A DNA stretch of 40,815 nucleotides from Isosphaeraceae bacterium (GTDB taxonomy: Bacteria; Planctomycetota; Planctomycetia; Isosphaerales; Isosphaeraceae), in the NCBI GenBank assembly GCA_049579985.1, contig JBAUOX010000056.1:1-40815 (forward strand), in the 5' to 3' direction. How positions within the stretch are numbered: position 1 is the stretch's first letter; every line of letters starts with the position of its first letter. Positions 17,246-27,008 of the stretch are shown in pieces. Below the pieces are notes generated by a model. That model did not search any database and was not told the origin of the DNA. It saw only the letters and a list, made by a program, of their open reading frames with translations. The position numbers and the translations under genes were made by a program.

Positions 17246-19390
17246 TCAGCTTGAGTCCGCCGTGGTGTTCCCTGGGAGTACGACTCCCCGGGGGATGTGT
17301 GGTCCGTACCCCCGCAGCGTCACCGTTGATGTCTTGCCTTCCCCCTTAACGGGCACGTTATCGTGATTTGCGGGCCGCCCGTCAGGGCGATTCCGACCGT
17401 GAACTCCGACTTTGCTCCGTAGGTTCCGAAGCTGTTCACAATCATAGATGTAGTACTCTCCATCCGACTCGCCGTACAGGTCCTTGATGCGATACTTGAG
17501 AACGATGAAATCCAGGCCTTCCTCTTCGCAAACGCGAAGCAAATCTTCTGCTTGCGGGAAGTGAACGTCGCCCTTAATCTGAAAAATGTCACGAAGAGAA
17601 ATCTTCCAATCATTTGCATCCCAGAATAATCTTAATCTTTCAAACTCAAACGGAAGGGCTAGAGCGGCGCGACGATAGCCCTCGACAGCGGTTCCGCGGT
17701 TAAAGGCGCAGCCACTCATCTGCACCACGTTGTAGAAACTGTTGTTCCCGGTTCCAAACCATACGTCCTCCACCGGAGTAGGCCAGTAGATGGTGAACGG
17801 TTTGGTGCGACCGGCAACTCGGCTGGCAAGTCTGGAGTCGACGAACCGAACGTGGCGATTGCGAACATCGAAGTGCCTTCCATACCAGTCGGAGTTTGGG
17901 GCGCACACGAGGAGAGCCTGGTAGGCGGCACAGCACCCGAGAAGCAGAAAGCGAAGATGCAAGCTCTGCCCCGCAACCCTAATTAAAGCAATGACTCCAC
18001 ATGTCACTATTATAATGATCGGAAGCACCCACAATGTGCCGGACAGGTGCATCGCGATCAGCACAGGATGAAGTTCCAGCACGATGGGTGGCTCGGTTCC
18101 GAACAACATGGCGAGCTGAATGAGATTGAATAGGAGCATCAATCCGGATGTCGCCAAGAAGGCGTTCTGCGTGCTTCGCCAGAGCCAGTCGGAGTGTCGT
18201 GCCAACTTGGCGAATCCACGAGACAAAACCGCGAATCCTAGCAGAGGGAGCAAGATCATGCAGACGGATGCCCAGAGACCGCTGTCCCGCTTCGAGGTGA
18301 GAAGCAGCACGACGACCAAGCTTGCGCTGCGAGACTGCTGGCTGCCGCACTGCCAGAGATGAGCGGCCAGCCCGTAGCCGGCGGGAATCGCCAGCAACTC
18401 CAGAAGCCAGAGCGTCCGGTAGGGTGACGTCTGGATCAGCAGGAGGTAATGGGAGTTCACGGCGATCAGCGAGCCGATCAGGCCGATGAGGGCGGACCCC
18501 AGAACGGCTGCCCAGAATGTCGCCAGCCGACGAACCGGGCAATGGGCGGCAGTCCAGACGACCAACCCACACTCCAAGGCGATTCGAATCCAGTCGGACC
18601 ACCACCAGCAAGCCGGACGGATGTAGAAGCAAATCTTCAAGCTGATCGCGCGCCAGACATCATCCATGTGGCCGAACAGCCGATTGCCCAACGGCTCGAT
18701 ACCAATCACGAGGGTGGCGAGGGCGACCGCAGCCAAGGCAAGCCAAACGCATTGCCTCCAAGTACAACGGCCCGCCATCCACCAGAGCCCGGCCGGCAAG
18801 ATGCCCCCGACCGCCATCAGGGGATGTAGCAAGAAAGAACCGAGCAGGAGGAGAATTGCGGCCATCGACCGTCCGGTCAGCATCCGCTCCAGACCGAGCA
18901 GTACGAGCGCACACGAAGACAGGCGCGGGGTCAGAAACGATTCGTTCACATGAAAGATCTCGTTGCCGCCGAAGGCGACCGGCACGATGGCCAGATGAAT
19001 CAGCGCGAGGATCAAGGCGAGGTTGCTGGAGATGAGAACCCGGGACAGGCGCAGTAGGCTCCAGAAGAGGATGGCTTTGCTCGCCAGGTACACGCAGAAG
19101 AACGCAGCGTGGATCCCGCAGAGCTGCACCAGGGGAGCCATGAGGACGGTGAACACGGAGTATCGGTCCTGAGAGCCGTACCGAAGGTAGAGATCCCCCG
19201 CGAAACTCCCTGGATGAATCCGTTCCAAGATCTGGACCGCATAGAGGCGGGAATCGTGATCGAGTCCCCTGTAAGGCTCGACCAGTGCGTTGGCAGCCAG
19301 GAGGAGGCAAACGAGAGTCACTGGATCAGCGGCCAGCCGTCCCAGACGCGTTTCCAGGTCCTCCACCAAGCCCTCGATCGACAGCGTCAT
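17246..19390 (-). CDS. Large polytopic membrane protein, candidate GT-C-fold glycosyltransferase
   Basis: About 13 hydrophobic segments, acidic first external loop (GLDHDSRLY...DLY..YGSQDRYS), NESFLTPR, HPLMA and a soluble C-terminal domain; GT-C is inferred from topology and context. Confidence 0.6.
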   Translation of the reverse strand: MTLSIEGLVEDLETRLGRLAADPVTLVCLLLAANALVEPYRGLDHDSRLYAVQILERIHPGSFAGDLYLRYGSQDRYSVFTVLMAPLVQLCGIHAAFFCVYLASKAILFWSLLRLSRVLISSNLALILALIHLAIVPVAFGGNEIFHVNESFLTPRLSSCALVLLGLERMLTGRSMAAILLLLGSFLLHPLMAVGGILPAGLWWMAGRCTWRQCVWLALAAVALATLVIGIEPLGNRLFGHMDDVWRAISLKICFYIRPACWWWSDWIRIALECGLVVWTAAHCPVRRLATFWAAVLGSALIGLIGSLIAVNSHYLLLIQTSPYRTLWLLELLAIPAGYGLAAHLWQCGSQQSRSASLVVVLLLTSKRDSGLWASVCMILLPLLGFAVLSRGFAKLARHSDWLWRSTQNAFLATSGLMLLFNLIQLAMLFGTEPPIVLELHPVLIAMHLSGTLWVLPIIIIVTCGVIALIRVAGQSLHLRFLLLGCCAAYQALLVCAPNSDWYGRHFDVRNRHVRFVDSRLASRVAGRTKPFTIYWPTPVEDVWFGTGNNSFYNVVQMSGCAFNRGTAVEGYRRAALALPFEFERLRLFWDANDWKISLRDIFQIKGDVHFPQAEDLLRVCEEEGLDFIVLKYRIKDLYGESDGEYYIYDCEQLRNLRSKVGVHGRNRPDGRPANHDNVPVKGEGKTSTVTLRGYGPHIPRGVVLPGNTTADSS

Positions 19391-20760
19391 GGTCGCACTC
19401 TACTACATAGCGGCGTGATCGCCGAGGGCTCGCCGCAACCTGAACCCCATTCGGAGCCGATCTCGCGGCCGACACACCGTTCAGTCTGTCGGTTGAGCTT
19501 CTCGGCCAGCACCAAGGCCCTGCGAATGCACTCGTCGGAGTTGATGTAATCGAATTCCGCGAAGCGGCCGAGCAAGTCGATTCCGATCGCCGTGAAGTAG
19601 TTTCGCACGACCTGTGTGTTCCTGCCGTGTGCCTGGTCATGAACCGGGTAGGCATATTCGAAACGCCGCGTGTCACGGACGATGACATCCTCCTCGCGAA
19701 GAATGCCGACGCGGGCGAGATCGCCGATCACCCGGTCAAGGAACTCGCCATCGCTCAGTCGATCCGTCGCGTCGCCGCTCCGCACTGTTGTTTCGGCGAC
19801 GAGCGACGACGTTCCCGGCCTGACCATGTTCGGGCTGAAGAAACCCATGAAGCAGACGCGGTGAGGCGCCACGGTTGAGTCGGGAATGTAGACGGCGCTC
19901 CTGTCCAGCAGCGACTCGTTGTTGACCGCGATGAGCGACACGCGAATGGCATTGTAACGGAGGCTGCGGACCGCATCGACGACACCGACCGGCACGTCGC
20001 CGAGGCAGCGGATCGCCTCGTGAATCGGGAAGGCGAGCACGAGGTGGTCAAACTGCCACGTCGTCTGCCCCGCAACAACCGTCCAGCCGTCCTCGTTCTT
20101 GCGGATCGATCGGACCGGACTGTTGCAATGAACCCGGGACACGTCCGCGATAATTGCCTTCACCAGCGCCTCGAAACCGCCATGGAGCGGGTAGCGGAAG
20201 TGAAGTTGATGAGTGTAACCCTCGGTCTCGATCCCCAGCGCTGACTTGACTACATCCTCCATCGGCGGCTGCGGGACCCTTCCCACCCAATCCAGTCCCA
20301 TCTCCCGCGGTTCCGTCTTCCAGATCTTGCGGTTGTAGGGGAGGAAATACTTCTCCGCGATCGACCGGCCGAACGCGCGATATCCCCATTCCTCGAGGTT
20401 TGACGGTTCCGGTGAGTCGTTCTTCAGGTAATCAATCAGGCAGTCATAACAGTCTTGCTTCTCGAGCGAGCCGAGATCGTTCTCGAAGGGGTACTTGACA
20501 TACCGGCCCTTGAAAAGAATCTTATTGTCCCGCGTGCAATGACTGATGTTCTCGCCGAGCAGGCAGTTCACCAGATCGGTGACGTGGTGGTGCTTCGAGA
20601 AGAGGATGTGGCCGCCGACGTCGTAGCCGAAGCCGTCCTTCCAGAAGGTCCGGCACAGCCCTCCGGACTCGGGCTCCTTCTCCAACACCTCGCTCGGGTG
20701 CCTGAGGAAACGCTGCAACGTGAGTCCACTGATGCCGCCGCCCAAAATCCCGATGTTCAT
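19387..20760 (-). CDS. FAD-dependent oxidoreductase, UDP-galactopyranose mutase / HemY-like
   Basis: GGGISG dinucleotide motif, GGLCRT, YDVGGHILF, YNRKIW, YAYPV and C-terminal GRFAEFDYINSD as seen in pyranose-furanose mutases. Confidence 0.75.
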   Translation of the reverse strand: MNIGILGGGISGLTLQRFLRHPSEVLEKEPESGGLCRTFWKDGFGYDVGGHILFSKHHHVTDLVNCLLGENISHCTRDNKILFKGRYVKYPFENDLGSLEKQDCYDCLIDYLKNDSPEPSNLEEWGYRAFGRSIAEKYFLPYNRKIWKTEPREMGLDWVGRVPQPPMEDVVKSALGIETEGYTHQLHFRYPLHGGFEALVKAIIADVSRVHCNSPVRSIRKNEDGWTVVAGQTTWQFDHLVLAFPIHEAIRCLGDVPVGVVDAVRSLRYNAIRVSLIAVNNESLLDRSAVYIPDSTVAPHRVCFMGFFSPNMVRPGTSSLVAETTVRSGDATDRLSDGEFLDRVIGDLARVGILREEDVIVRDTRRFEYAYPVHDQAHGRNTQVVRNYFTAIGIDLLGRFAEFDYINSDECIRRALVLAEKLNRQTERCVGREIGSEWGSGCGEPSAITPLCSRVRP

Positions 20761-20782
20761 GACTCCCTCTTTGCGACGGCTT

Positions 20783-21463
20783 TCAAGAGAACCGCACCGT
20801 CAGAATTCGCCTGAGCGTCCACCACGAGGTTTCCAGCGACCGCATCGTCGTCTGGCCGATCCGCTCCCGGTAGTTAATATTGACGACCTTTAAACGTTTG
20901 TTCATCTTGATCGGTCGGAGGAGCAACTCGACCGGCAAGGCGGCCCCGTCCGGCTGGTACTTGAGCTCGTCGATGAGCGTCCTGCGGTAGGCCCTCATGC
21001 CACTATGCAAGTCCTTTACCCGGCGCAGAAGCAGGAGCGATGCCAGCAGCGCGAAGCTGTAGTTGCCCAGGTAGTTCAGCCAGGGCATGGCCCGGGGCTT
21101 CGCTGCCAGCCGCGAGCCGTCCACGATGTCGTACCCGTCCTCCAGGACCAGGCGGGCGAGGTGCGGAATCTGTTCGGCGGGGTAGGTATCGTCGCAGTCG
21201 AGCGTAACCACGACCTGGCCGCCGGCCGATCGCAGCGCCATGTCCATGGCCGGTCCGTAGCCGCGCGGCGGAAACTGTTTGATGACCCGAGCCCCCAGCT
21301 CCTGCGCGATCTCCGCGGTACGGTCGGTGCTCGAATCCACGATAAGGATCTCCGCTTCCGGAACGGCCTGGCGGATGTCGCCGATGACTTTCGAGACGGC
21401 AGCCATCTCGTTGCGCGTGATCAACGCGACTGTCAGGTTGTTGCTGTTCAGGGCCAAGGCCAT
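20783..21463 (-). CDS. GT2 glycosyltransferase, polyprenyl-phosphate glycosyltransferase (DPM1-like)
   Basis: RNE, ILIVDSSTDRT, GYG.A, DCDDTYP, DIVDGSR, DLHSGMRAYRR, YRERIGQT. Confidence 0.87.
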   Translation of the reverse strand: MALALNSNNLTVALITRNEMAAVSKVIGDIRQAVPEAEILIVDSSTDRTAEIAQELGARVIKQFPPRGYGPAMDMALRSAGGQVVVTLDCDDTYPAEQIPHLARLVLEDGYDIVDGSRLAAKPRAMPWLNYLGNYSFALLASLLLLRRVKDLHSGMRAYRRTLIDELKYQPDGAALPVELLLRPIKMNKRLKVVNINYRERIGQTTMRSLETSWWTLRRILTVRFS

Positions 21464-21553
21464 CGCTCTGCTCTCTCCTTCGGCTTGCTGACACGACGAC
21501 GATCGCCGGGTTGACCTCTCCACGGCATGAGGCGGACCACCGGGAGAGCTCCG

Positions 21554-22528
21554 TCACAGAATCCTCGTCCCCGCGAAATCAATCTTGAACCGCAATTCGG
21601 CGAGCCCTTCCGCCTCCATGGCGCATCTCAGACGCATGGGATCGTCGGCCAGGAACATCAGGAAGCCGCCGCCGCCGGCGCCGATGAGCTTACCGCCCAC
21701 GGCACCGTTGCTGCGCCCCACCTCGTACCAGTGGTCGATGCGCGAGCTGGAGATGAGTTTCGATCGCACTCGCTTCCGCTCCCAGTGCTCGTGGAGCAGC
21801 CGGCCATAGGCGTCGAACTCGCCCGCCTCGAGGACTGACCGGCTTTCATAGCCGATCTGCTTGATCGCATGGAGGTTGCTGATCATCTCTCCGCATTGGT
21901 CCCGGGTCCTGTCATCCTGGTCCTTGAGGATCTCGGGCGCCTGCCTGACGATGCCTGTTGAGAACAGGAGGACGCGCAGCTCGAACTCGCGGAGACTGTC
22001 ATCGGAGAGGTTCAGGGGAGTCACCACGACACTGCCGTCGGGCCGGAATTGGTAGGCGTTGACCCCCCCGCAGGCCGCCACGTATTGGTCCTGCTTCCCC
22101 ACCGGTTCGCGGAGCACGTCGATCTCGATGGCACAAGCCGCCTCGGCCAGCTTCTCGGGCGTCACGGTCTTGTTTCGGAACCGGTAGAGTGCTTTGAGAA
22201 GGGCGGTCGTGAAACTGCCCGACGAGCCCAGGCCTGTGCCGGCGGGGACATCGGCCATGGAGGTGATTTCAATGTTGCTCTCCTCGATCTCGAGCAGCCG
22301 CAGCACCTCGCGGACGATCGGGTGCCGCACCTGGTTCGGCTTCGCCACGCGCTCGATTTGGGAATAGCGAACGACGAGTTCCGCAAGGAATGTCCGGTGG
22401 ACCGTGACATAGACGGCTTTGTCGATTGCCGCAGCAATAAGAAATCCGCCGAACTCCCGGTAATAGGACGGTAAGTCCGTGCCGCCCCCCCCCAGACTGA
22501 TCCGCAACGGACTGCGAGCAATGACCAA
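21554..22528 (-). CDS. hddA: GHMP sugar-phosphate kinase (HddA/LmbP type)
   Basis: SPLRISLGGGGTDLP, PAGTGLGSSG, GKQDQY, GGKLIGAGGGGF. Confidence 0.88.
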   Translation of the reverse strand: MVIARSPLRISLGGGGTDLPSYYREFGGFLIAAAIDKAVYVTVHRTFLAELVVRYSQIERVAKPNQVRHPIVREVLRLLEIEESNIEITSMADVPAGTGLGSSGSFTTALLKALYRFRNKTVTPEKLAEAACAIEIDVLREPVGKQDQYVAACGGVNAYQFRPDGSVVVTPLNLSDDSLREFELRVLLFSTGIVRQAPEILKDQDDRTRDQCGEMISNLHAIKQIGYESRSVLEAGEFDAYGRLLHEHWERKRVRSKLISSSRIDHWYEVGRSNGAVGGKLIGAGGGGFLMFLADDPMRLRCAMEAEGLAELRFKIDFAGTRIL

Positions 22529-22543
22529 GGTGGAGCTCCTTCG

Positions 22544-23647
22544 TCAGGAACAATCGGGGTGGTGTCCGATGGTGCCGGAGCACATCTCCGCTCCGAGCGA
22601 ATCACACTCGGAGAGCCCGGCGGACAGCGCTGTGCATGGGACCGAGGCCGGTTCGGTCGCCCTGCCCTGGTCACACCCGGCCTCCAGGTCGGCTCGCATG
22701 GCTTGCATTGCCTCGCTCAGTGCCTGGGCGGAGGTCCGGGTCGGACGCCAGCCCAGACGGCGGATCTTGTCGATGCTCAGGCGAATGACCGGGACATCGC
22801 CCTTCCAGCCACGGTCGCCCCCGGTGTACTCGAAGCGGACCCTGCCCGGCCGCAGGCCCAGGCAAGCGCACGCCAGGTTGGCGATCTGAGCTACCGTGAT
22901 ATAATCACCCGTGGCAACGTTGAATGCTTCGAAAGGGCAACCAGCCGGTTCGCCGGCGAGGAGCACGGCGGATACGACGTCGGAGACATGGACATACGAT
23001 TTGCTCTGCCGGCCGTCGCCGAGGATGCGGAGTCTAGTCGGGTCCTGGCGGAGCCGGCGCACGAAATCGAACCCGATGCCATGGGTTTGCCGGCGGCCCA
23101 CGACGTTGCCGAAGCGGAAGACACGGCCTCGCATATCGAACATGGAGCAGTAGGAGGCGATCAGCGCTTCGCCGGCCAGTTTACTGGCGCCGTAAGTCGA
23201 GATGGGAACAAGCGGGCCGTGGTCCTCCCGGGCTTCCACTTCGCCGATCTCACCGTAGACGCCGCTTCCCGAGGCGTACAAGATCTGCCGTGTCCCGGTC
23301 TGGCGCATGGCCTCGACGACGCACTGCGTCAGCTCGGTGCCCTCGCGGAAGTCGATGTCCGGCTCGGTGACGGCACGGGCGATATCGGGGTTCGAGGCCA
23401 GGTGAATGACCGTGTTGTGTCCCGCCATTGCCGCTTTCAACCCGGCCAGGTCGTGTACATCACGGCGTACAACCTCGAGACGCGAATCGTGGCGGTGCTC
23501 CGCGTAGTGCCATGCCTGGCCTGAGGAGAAGTTGTCGTAAAGCGTTACGCGGCGAGTCCGATTCGACGCGAGCAGACGGTCGGTGAAATGACTGCCGATG
23601 AAGCCCGCACCGCCCACGATCAGGAACGTCTCGTCAGTGCCATTCAC
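22544..23647 (-). CDS. NAD-dependent nucleotide-sugar epimerase/dehydratase
   Basis: GGAGFIG, HLASNPD, YGASK, RFGNVVG, GDGRQSKSY, RGWKGDV; GTG start chosen from the GAGGA RBS. Confidence 0.88.
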   Translation of the reverse strand: MNGTDETFLIVGGAGFIGSHFTDRLLASNRTRRVTLYDNFSSGQAWHYAEHRHDSRLEVVRRDVHDLAGLKAAMAGHNTVIHLASNPDIARAVTEPDIDFREGTELTQCVVEAMRQTGTRQILYASGSGVYGEIGEVEAREDHGPLVPISTYGASKLAGEALIASYCSMFDMRGRVFRFGNVVGRRQTHGIGFDFVRRLRQDPTRLRILGDGRQSKSYVHVSDVVSAVLLAGEPAGCPFEAFNVATGDYITVAQIANLACACLGLRPGRVRFEYTGGDRGWKGDVPVIRLSIDKIRRLGWRPTRTSAQALSEAMQAMRADLEAGCDQGRATEPASVPCTALSAGLSECDSLGAEMCSGTIGHHPDCS

Positions 23648-23723
23648 CGCATCGTCCTCTCGCATCTCACGACGACCAAGAAATCGCCTGCCATTCGACG
23701 GCAATCCGTACGATCACACCAGG

Positions 23724-24482
23724 TCACGATTTGATGTGGGGGTGATACCGCACGGGAGATATCTCGCTTACTCTGACCTGGCGAGGCTGTTCACCGAGTG
23801 CTCCACGGTTGCCGGACTCGCCGACAGCGACCAACTCCCTGCTCACTGCGCAGGTAGACTGATCGCCCGCCGGAGCGGCCCATTCCTGGATGGTTTCCCA
23901 CCTGGTCGCGGTCTTCATGAGGGCCGGGTGCGTGACCAGCAAATGCCAGAGAATGGCGCAGAGGCCTTCGGTGTGGGGGGTGATGCGGTCATCAAAGAGG
24001 GGCGGGATGACGATACAGGCGTCCGCTGCCACGGCTGTGAACCCACCGTCCCGACCCACGATGCCGAACACTTTGGCCCCCACCCGTCGGGCCAGCTCGA
24101 TCGAACGGACGAGATTTACAGAGACGTTTCTCTCCAGGTTCCCACCGCCGACCGAGAAGATCAAAAGGCCGTCCGTCTTGTTCAACCGCGAGCAGCTCAG
24201 CCAGTTGGAAAAGCAGGTGTCCCAGCCCTCGTCATTGACCCGAGCCGTCAGCTCCGAAACATTGTCACCTGGCGAGTAGGCCTCGAAGCCACAGATCTTG
24301 CGGAAGTCATTGACGGCATGGCTGGCGTGACCCGCCGAACCGCCGACCCCCAGGATGAAGAGGCGCCCCCCCCGATTGCGGACCCCGGCCAGTTCCCGTG
24401 CCAACCGCTCGACAACCCCCGGATTGATCTGGTCCAGGACGATATGGGTCTCTTCGAGGTACAACTCGGTGTAACTTGTCAT
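23724..24482 (-). CDS. SIS-domain phosphosugar isomerase (divergent GmhA / LmbN type)
   Basis: GVGGSAGHASHAVND, LTARVNDEG, SVGGG, S.NLV, GRDGG, TPHTE...HL; differs from the canonical GmhA GNGGSAADAQH. Confidence 0.82.
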   Translation of the reverse strand: MTSYTELYLEETHIVLDQINPGVVERLARELAGVRNRGGRLFILGVGGSAGHASHAVNDFRKICGFEAYSPGDNVSELTARVNDEGWDTCFSNWLSCSRLNKTDGLLIFSVGGGNLERNVSVNLVRSIELARRVGAKVFGIVGRDGGFTAVAADACIVIPPLFDDRITPHTEGLCAILWHLLVTHPALMKTATRWETIQEWAAPAGDQSTCAVSRELVAVGESGNRGALGEQPRQVRVSEISPVRYHPHIKS

Positions 24483-25204
24483 AGACGATACCCCGCGGAT
24501 TCGCTGTCCCGCTTGAACATGAGCACCGTGTCCCTGCTGAATTCGAGCAGGTCCTTTCCCAGCAGGTTCATCTTCGAGCGGATGGCCTCGGTGACGGTGA
24601 TGATGTCCACTCCGATCTCGTCGGCCTGGACGACATTAAGCAACTCGCGCGGACTGGCCCAGAGAAGCTCGATCCGCTCGTCCATGGCACGGCAGATAGA
24701 CAGGGCTGCCTTCATGTGCGGTACGGGATCGAGACCGGCGTCGGCGATTCGACCGGCGAAGACAGACACGATCGAGGGTCCGCCTTGCCGCAGGGCTTGG
24801 CACGCGTGCCACACCTGTTCGAGCGTGAAAACCGCCGTCACATTCACCTTGACGCCGCGGCGCGAAAGGTCGCCGATAACGTCGATCAGCGGTACCCCTT
24901 CCGACGTGGTGACCGGCACCTTGACGTAAACGTTCTCTCCCCAACCCGCGATTGTCAGGGCCTGCTTGTAGATCTCGGAGGGGTTATCGGCGAGTACCTC
25001 GAAGGATACCGGCTTGTCCATGATGGCTCTCAGAACGAGCCGGGCGAACTCCGCATAATGGGTGACACCGCTCTGCCTCATCAACGTCGGGTTGGTCGTG
25101 AAGCCCTTGATGTCGGGATCTTCCGCAAGCCAGAGCATTTGCTCGAGATTCGCCCCGTCCGCAAACACACGCACTTGGAGTAAGGTTCCTGTTGCCATGA
25201 TCAT
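24479..25204 (-). CDS. Transaldolase family protein (cluster-dedicated)
   Basis: FADGA, GFTTNPTL, SFEV, Schiff-base Lys in VYVKVP, VNVTAVF, SVFAGRIAD, LLWASPRE; ATGA overlap with the upstream phosphatase. Confidence 0.9.
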   Translation of the reverse strand: MIMATGTLLQVRVFADGANLEQMLWLAEDPDIKGFTTNPTLMRQSGVTHYAEFARLVLRAIMDKPVSFEVLADNPSEIYKQALTIAGWGENVYVKVPVTTSEGVPLIDVIGDLSRRGVKVNVTAVFTLEQVWHACQALRQGGPSIVSVFAGRIADAGLDPVPHMKAALSICRAMDERIELLWASPRELLNVVQADEIGVDIITVTEAIRSKMNLLGKDLLEFSRDTVLMFKRDSESAGYRL

Positions 25205-25788
25205 GGTGTCGCCCCTCCTTCCCGACTCAATAAGTAGGCCACGAAGCCAGCCAGGTCCGGCCCCCAATAACTGGGCTGAAGGCTTCGTTGGTTCAGGACC
25301 TTGCAAGCATCACACTTCCTCGGACCAAGGAACGCAGTGTGCAACTTGAAGGAGGCCCCCGCTTCAACGTCGGTGATGCTGTCTCCGACGATCCACGAGG
25401 CCGCGGGGTCGTAGCCGGGATTGGCGGTGAAGACCTCTCGCAGCAAGCCTGTTTTCGGTTTTCGGCAGTTACAATCGTCTTCCCGGCGGTGCAGGCATAA
25501 GTGGGAACTCAAGATCCGACCCCCGCCGCTCGTGGCTTCGCTGACGATCTCTGCATGCACAGCATGGAGGTTTTCCCAACTCGTCTTGCCCTTGGCCCAG
25601 GCCGGCTGGTTGCTGACGATGGACAGGCCGTAGCCCGCCTCGGTGAGCTGGGCCAAGGCCTGAACCACACCGGGCAGCATCTGAACTTGCGCGGGGTGCA
25701 GGGGACTGTCGATGGTGCCGTGCTCGGCATCGATGAGGAGGGTGTTGAGAACTCCATCCCGGTCGAGCAGGATCATTGCTTTACCCAT
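25201..25788 (-). CDS. gmhB: HAD sugar-bisphosphate phosphatase (GmhB/LmbK type)
   Basis: LDRDGVLN, VSNQP, Zn site CLH....CNCRKP, VGDSITD. Confidence 0.88.
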   Translation of the reverse strand: MGKAMILLDRDGVLNTLLIDAEHGTIDSPLHPAQVQMLPGVVQALAQLTEAGYGLSIVSNQPAWAKGKTSWENLHAVHAEIVSEATSGGGRILSSHLCLHRREDDCNCRKPKTGLLREVFTANPGYDPAASWIVGDSITDVEAGASFKLHTAFLGPRKCDACKVLNQRSLQPSYWGPDLAGFVAYLLSREGGATP

Positions 25789-26510
25789 GATTGCGACGGA
25801 TGAAAGACGGTCCAGGCCTCGAAGTCGCGAAGGCCGTCGGGCGAGCCGATCTCGTAAAACCGCTCGTGGACCTCGAGGCCCGCGAGCAATCCTCTCAAAC
25901 CTAGGTTATGGTAAATGTCTGACAAGTCGATTTTCCGTCCCGTGGGGATGTACGCTGCGACCAGCTCGGGCCGGAGGGCGGTGACCCCGTAATCGATGAA
26001 ATCCATGCCGGACAGAGGCGTTCCGCCAGCACAAGCTTTCCAATAGACCCGCACCACGCCGTGGGCGAAGTGGACATTGCTCGAATCGAATCGACCCTCG
26101 TTGCGGTAAACCGTCATCATCGCCGGTCGCGCCTGGGCTAGAAACGCGTCGGCAAGGCGTCGCAAGTCGAAGGGCAGGAACGAGTCGCCGTAGAGGACGA
26201 AGAACCAGTCCCGAAGCACGCCGGCATCGAAAGCCCGCCTCAACGCTCCCGCGGTTCCGCACAGCTCCTTGCCATCGGCGACATACCGGACCCGAAGGCC
26301 CCAGCGACTACCGTCGCCGACATATTCCTGGATGAGATGTCCTTGGAAGCCGATGCTGTAAACGACATCGGTAACACCGTGCTGGGCCAGCCAGTCCAGT
26401 TGATAGAACGCAAAAGGAAAGCCGCCCACTGGGAGAAGGGTTTTCGGTGTGTCTCCTGTGAGTTGCCGCATCCGCGTACCTAGTCCGCCCGCAAGGATTA
26501 CACACTGCAT
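25773..26510 (-). CDS. hddC: Sugar-1-phosphate nucleotidyltransferase (HddC/LmbO type, probably guanylyl)
   Basis: ILAGGLGTRM, PKTLLPV, GTAGAL, LYGDS, IDYG, FYEIGSP; GGAGGG RBS before ATG 26510. Confidence 0.85.
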   Translation of the reverse strand: MQCVILAGGLGTRMRQLTGDTPKTLLPVGGFPFAFYQLDWLAQHGVTDVVYSIGFQGHLIQEYVGDGSRWGLRVRYVADGKELCGTAGALRRAFDAGVLRDWFFVLYGDSFLPFDLRRLADAFLAQARPAMMTVYRNEGRFDSSNVHFAHGVVRVYWKACAGGTPLSGMDFIDYGVTALRPELVAAYIPTGRKIDLSDIYHNLGLRGLLAGLEVHERFYEIGSPDGLRDFEAWTVFHPSQSWVKQ

Positions 26511-26957
26511 GTCCCTCCCCTCCTTAAACGAGGAGGGTGCGCGCTCGATCCCACTCGCTGGACTCGACTCGAGTAGGACCCTCACGCCACCCTGCGAACG
26601 AAGTCACAAGACCAGCCACATGCATGACATCATGCAATCTATCGCGCTTCCGTCATCTGGCGTCGGCGTCAGTTCCGAGTAGCGGACGGCTCTCCGGTCC
26701 TATCTCGCTTCCTTGGAAGCGTCTGGGACATGGGCGTCGGCGGCCGTATCGCGCCGTTCGATACCACGATTCTGTTCGATTTCCATCGATCGGGAGCATG
26801 CAACCACCCGAATCTCCGTCGCACTTCCATGAGCCTATGAGTTGATAGCGGAGGACACATCTACCCAAGCATAGGACATGATTCATGTTGATCAGCTTCG
26901 ATCATCGATCGAGAATCCCTGCCGGAGACTGTTAGCATTCCCGCCGTCTCTCGCCTC

Positions 26958-27008
26958 TTTGTTGACGATGCGATTTGTTGACGATGCGATTTGTTGACGA
27001 TGCGATTT
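26958..27008. repeat. Three perfect tandem copies of the 16-bp unit TTTGTTGACGATGCGA
   Basis: Read directly (26958, 26974, 26990). Confidence 0.95.
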
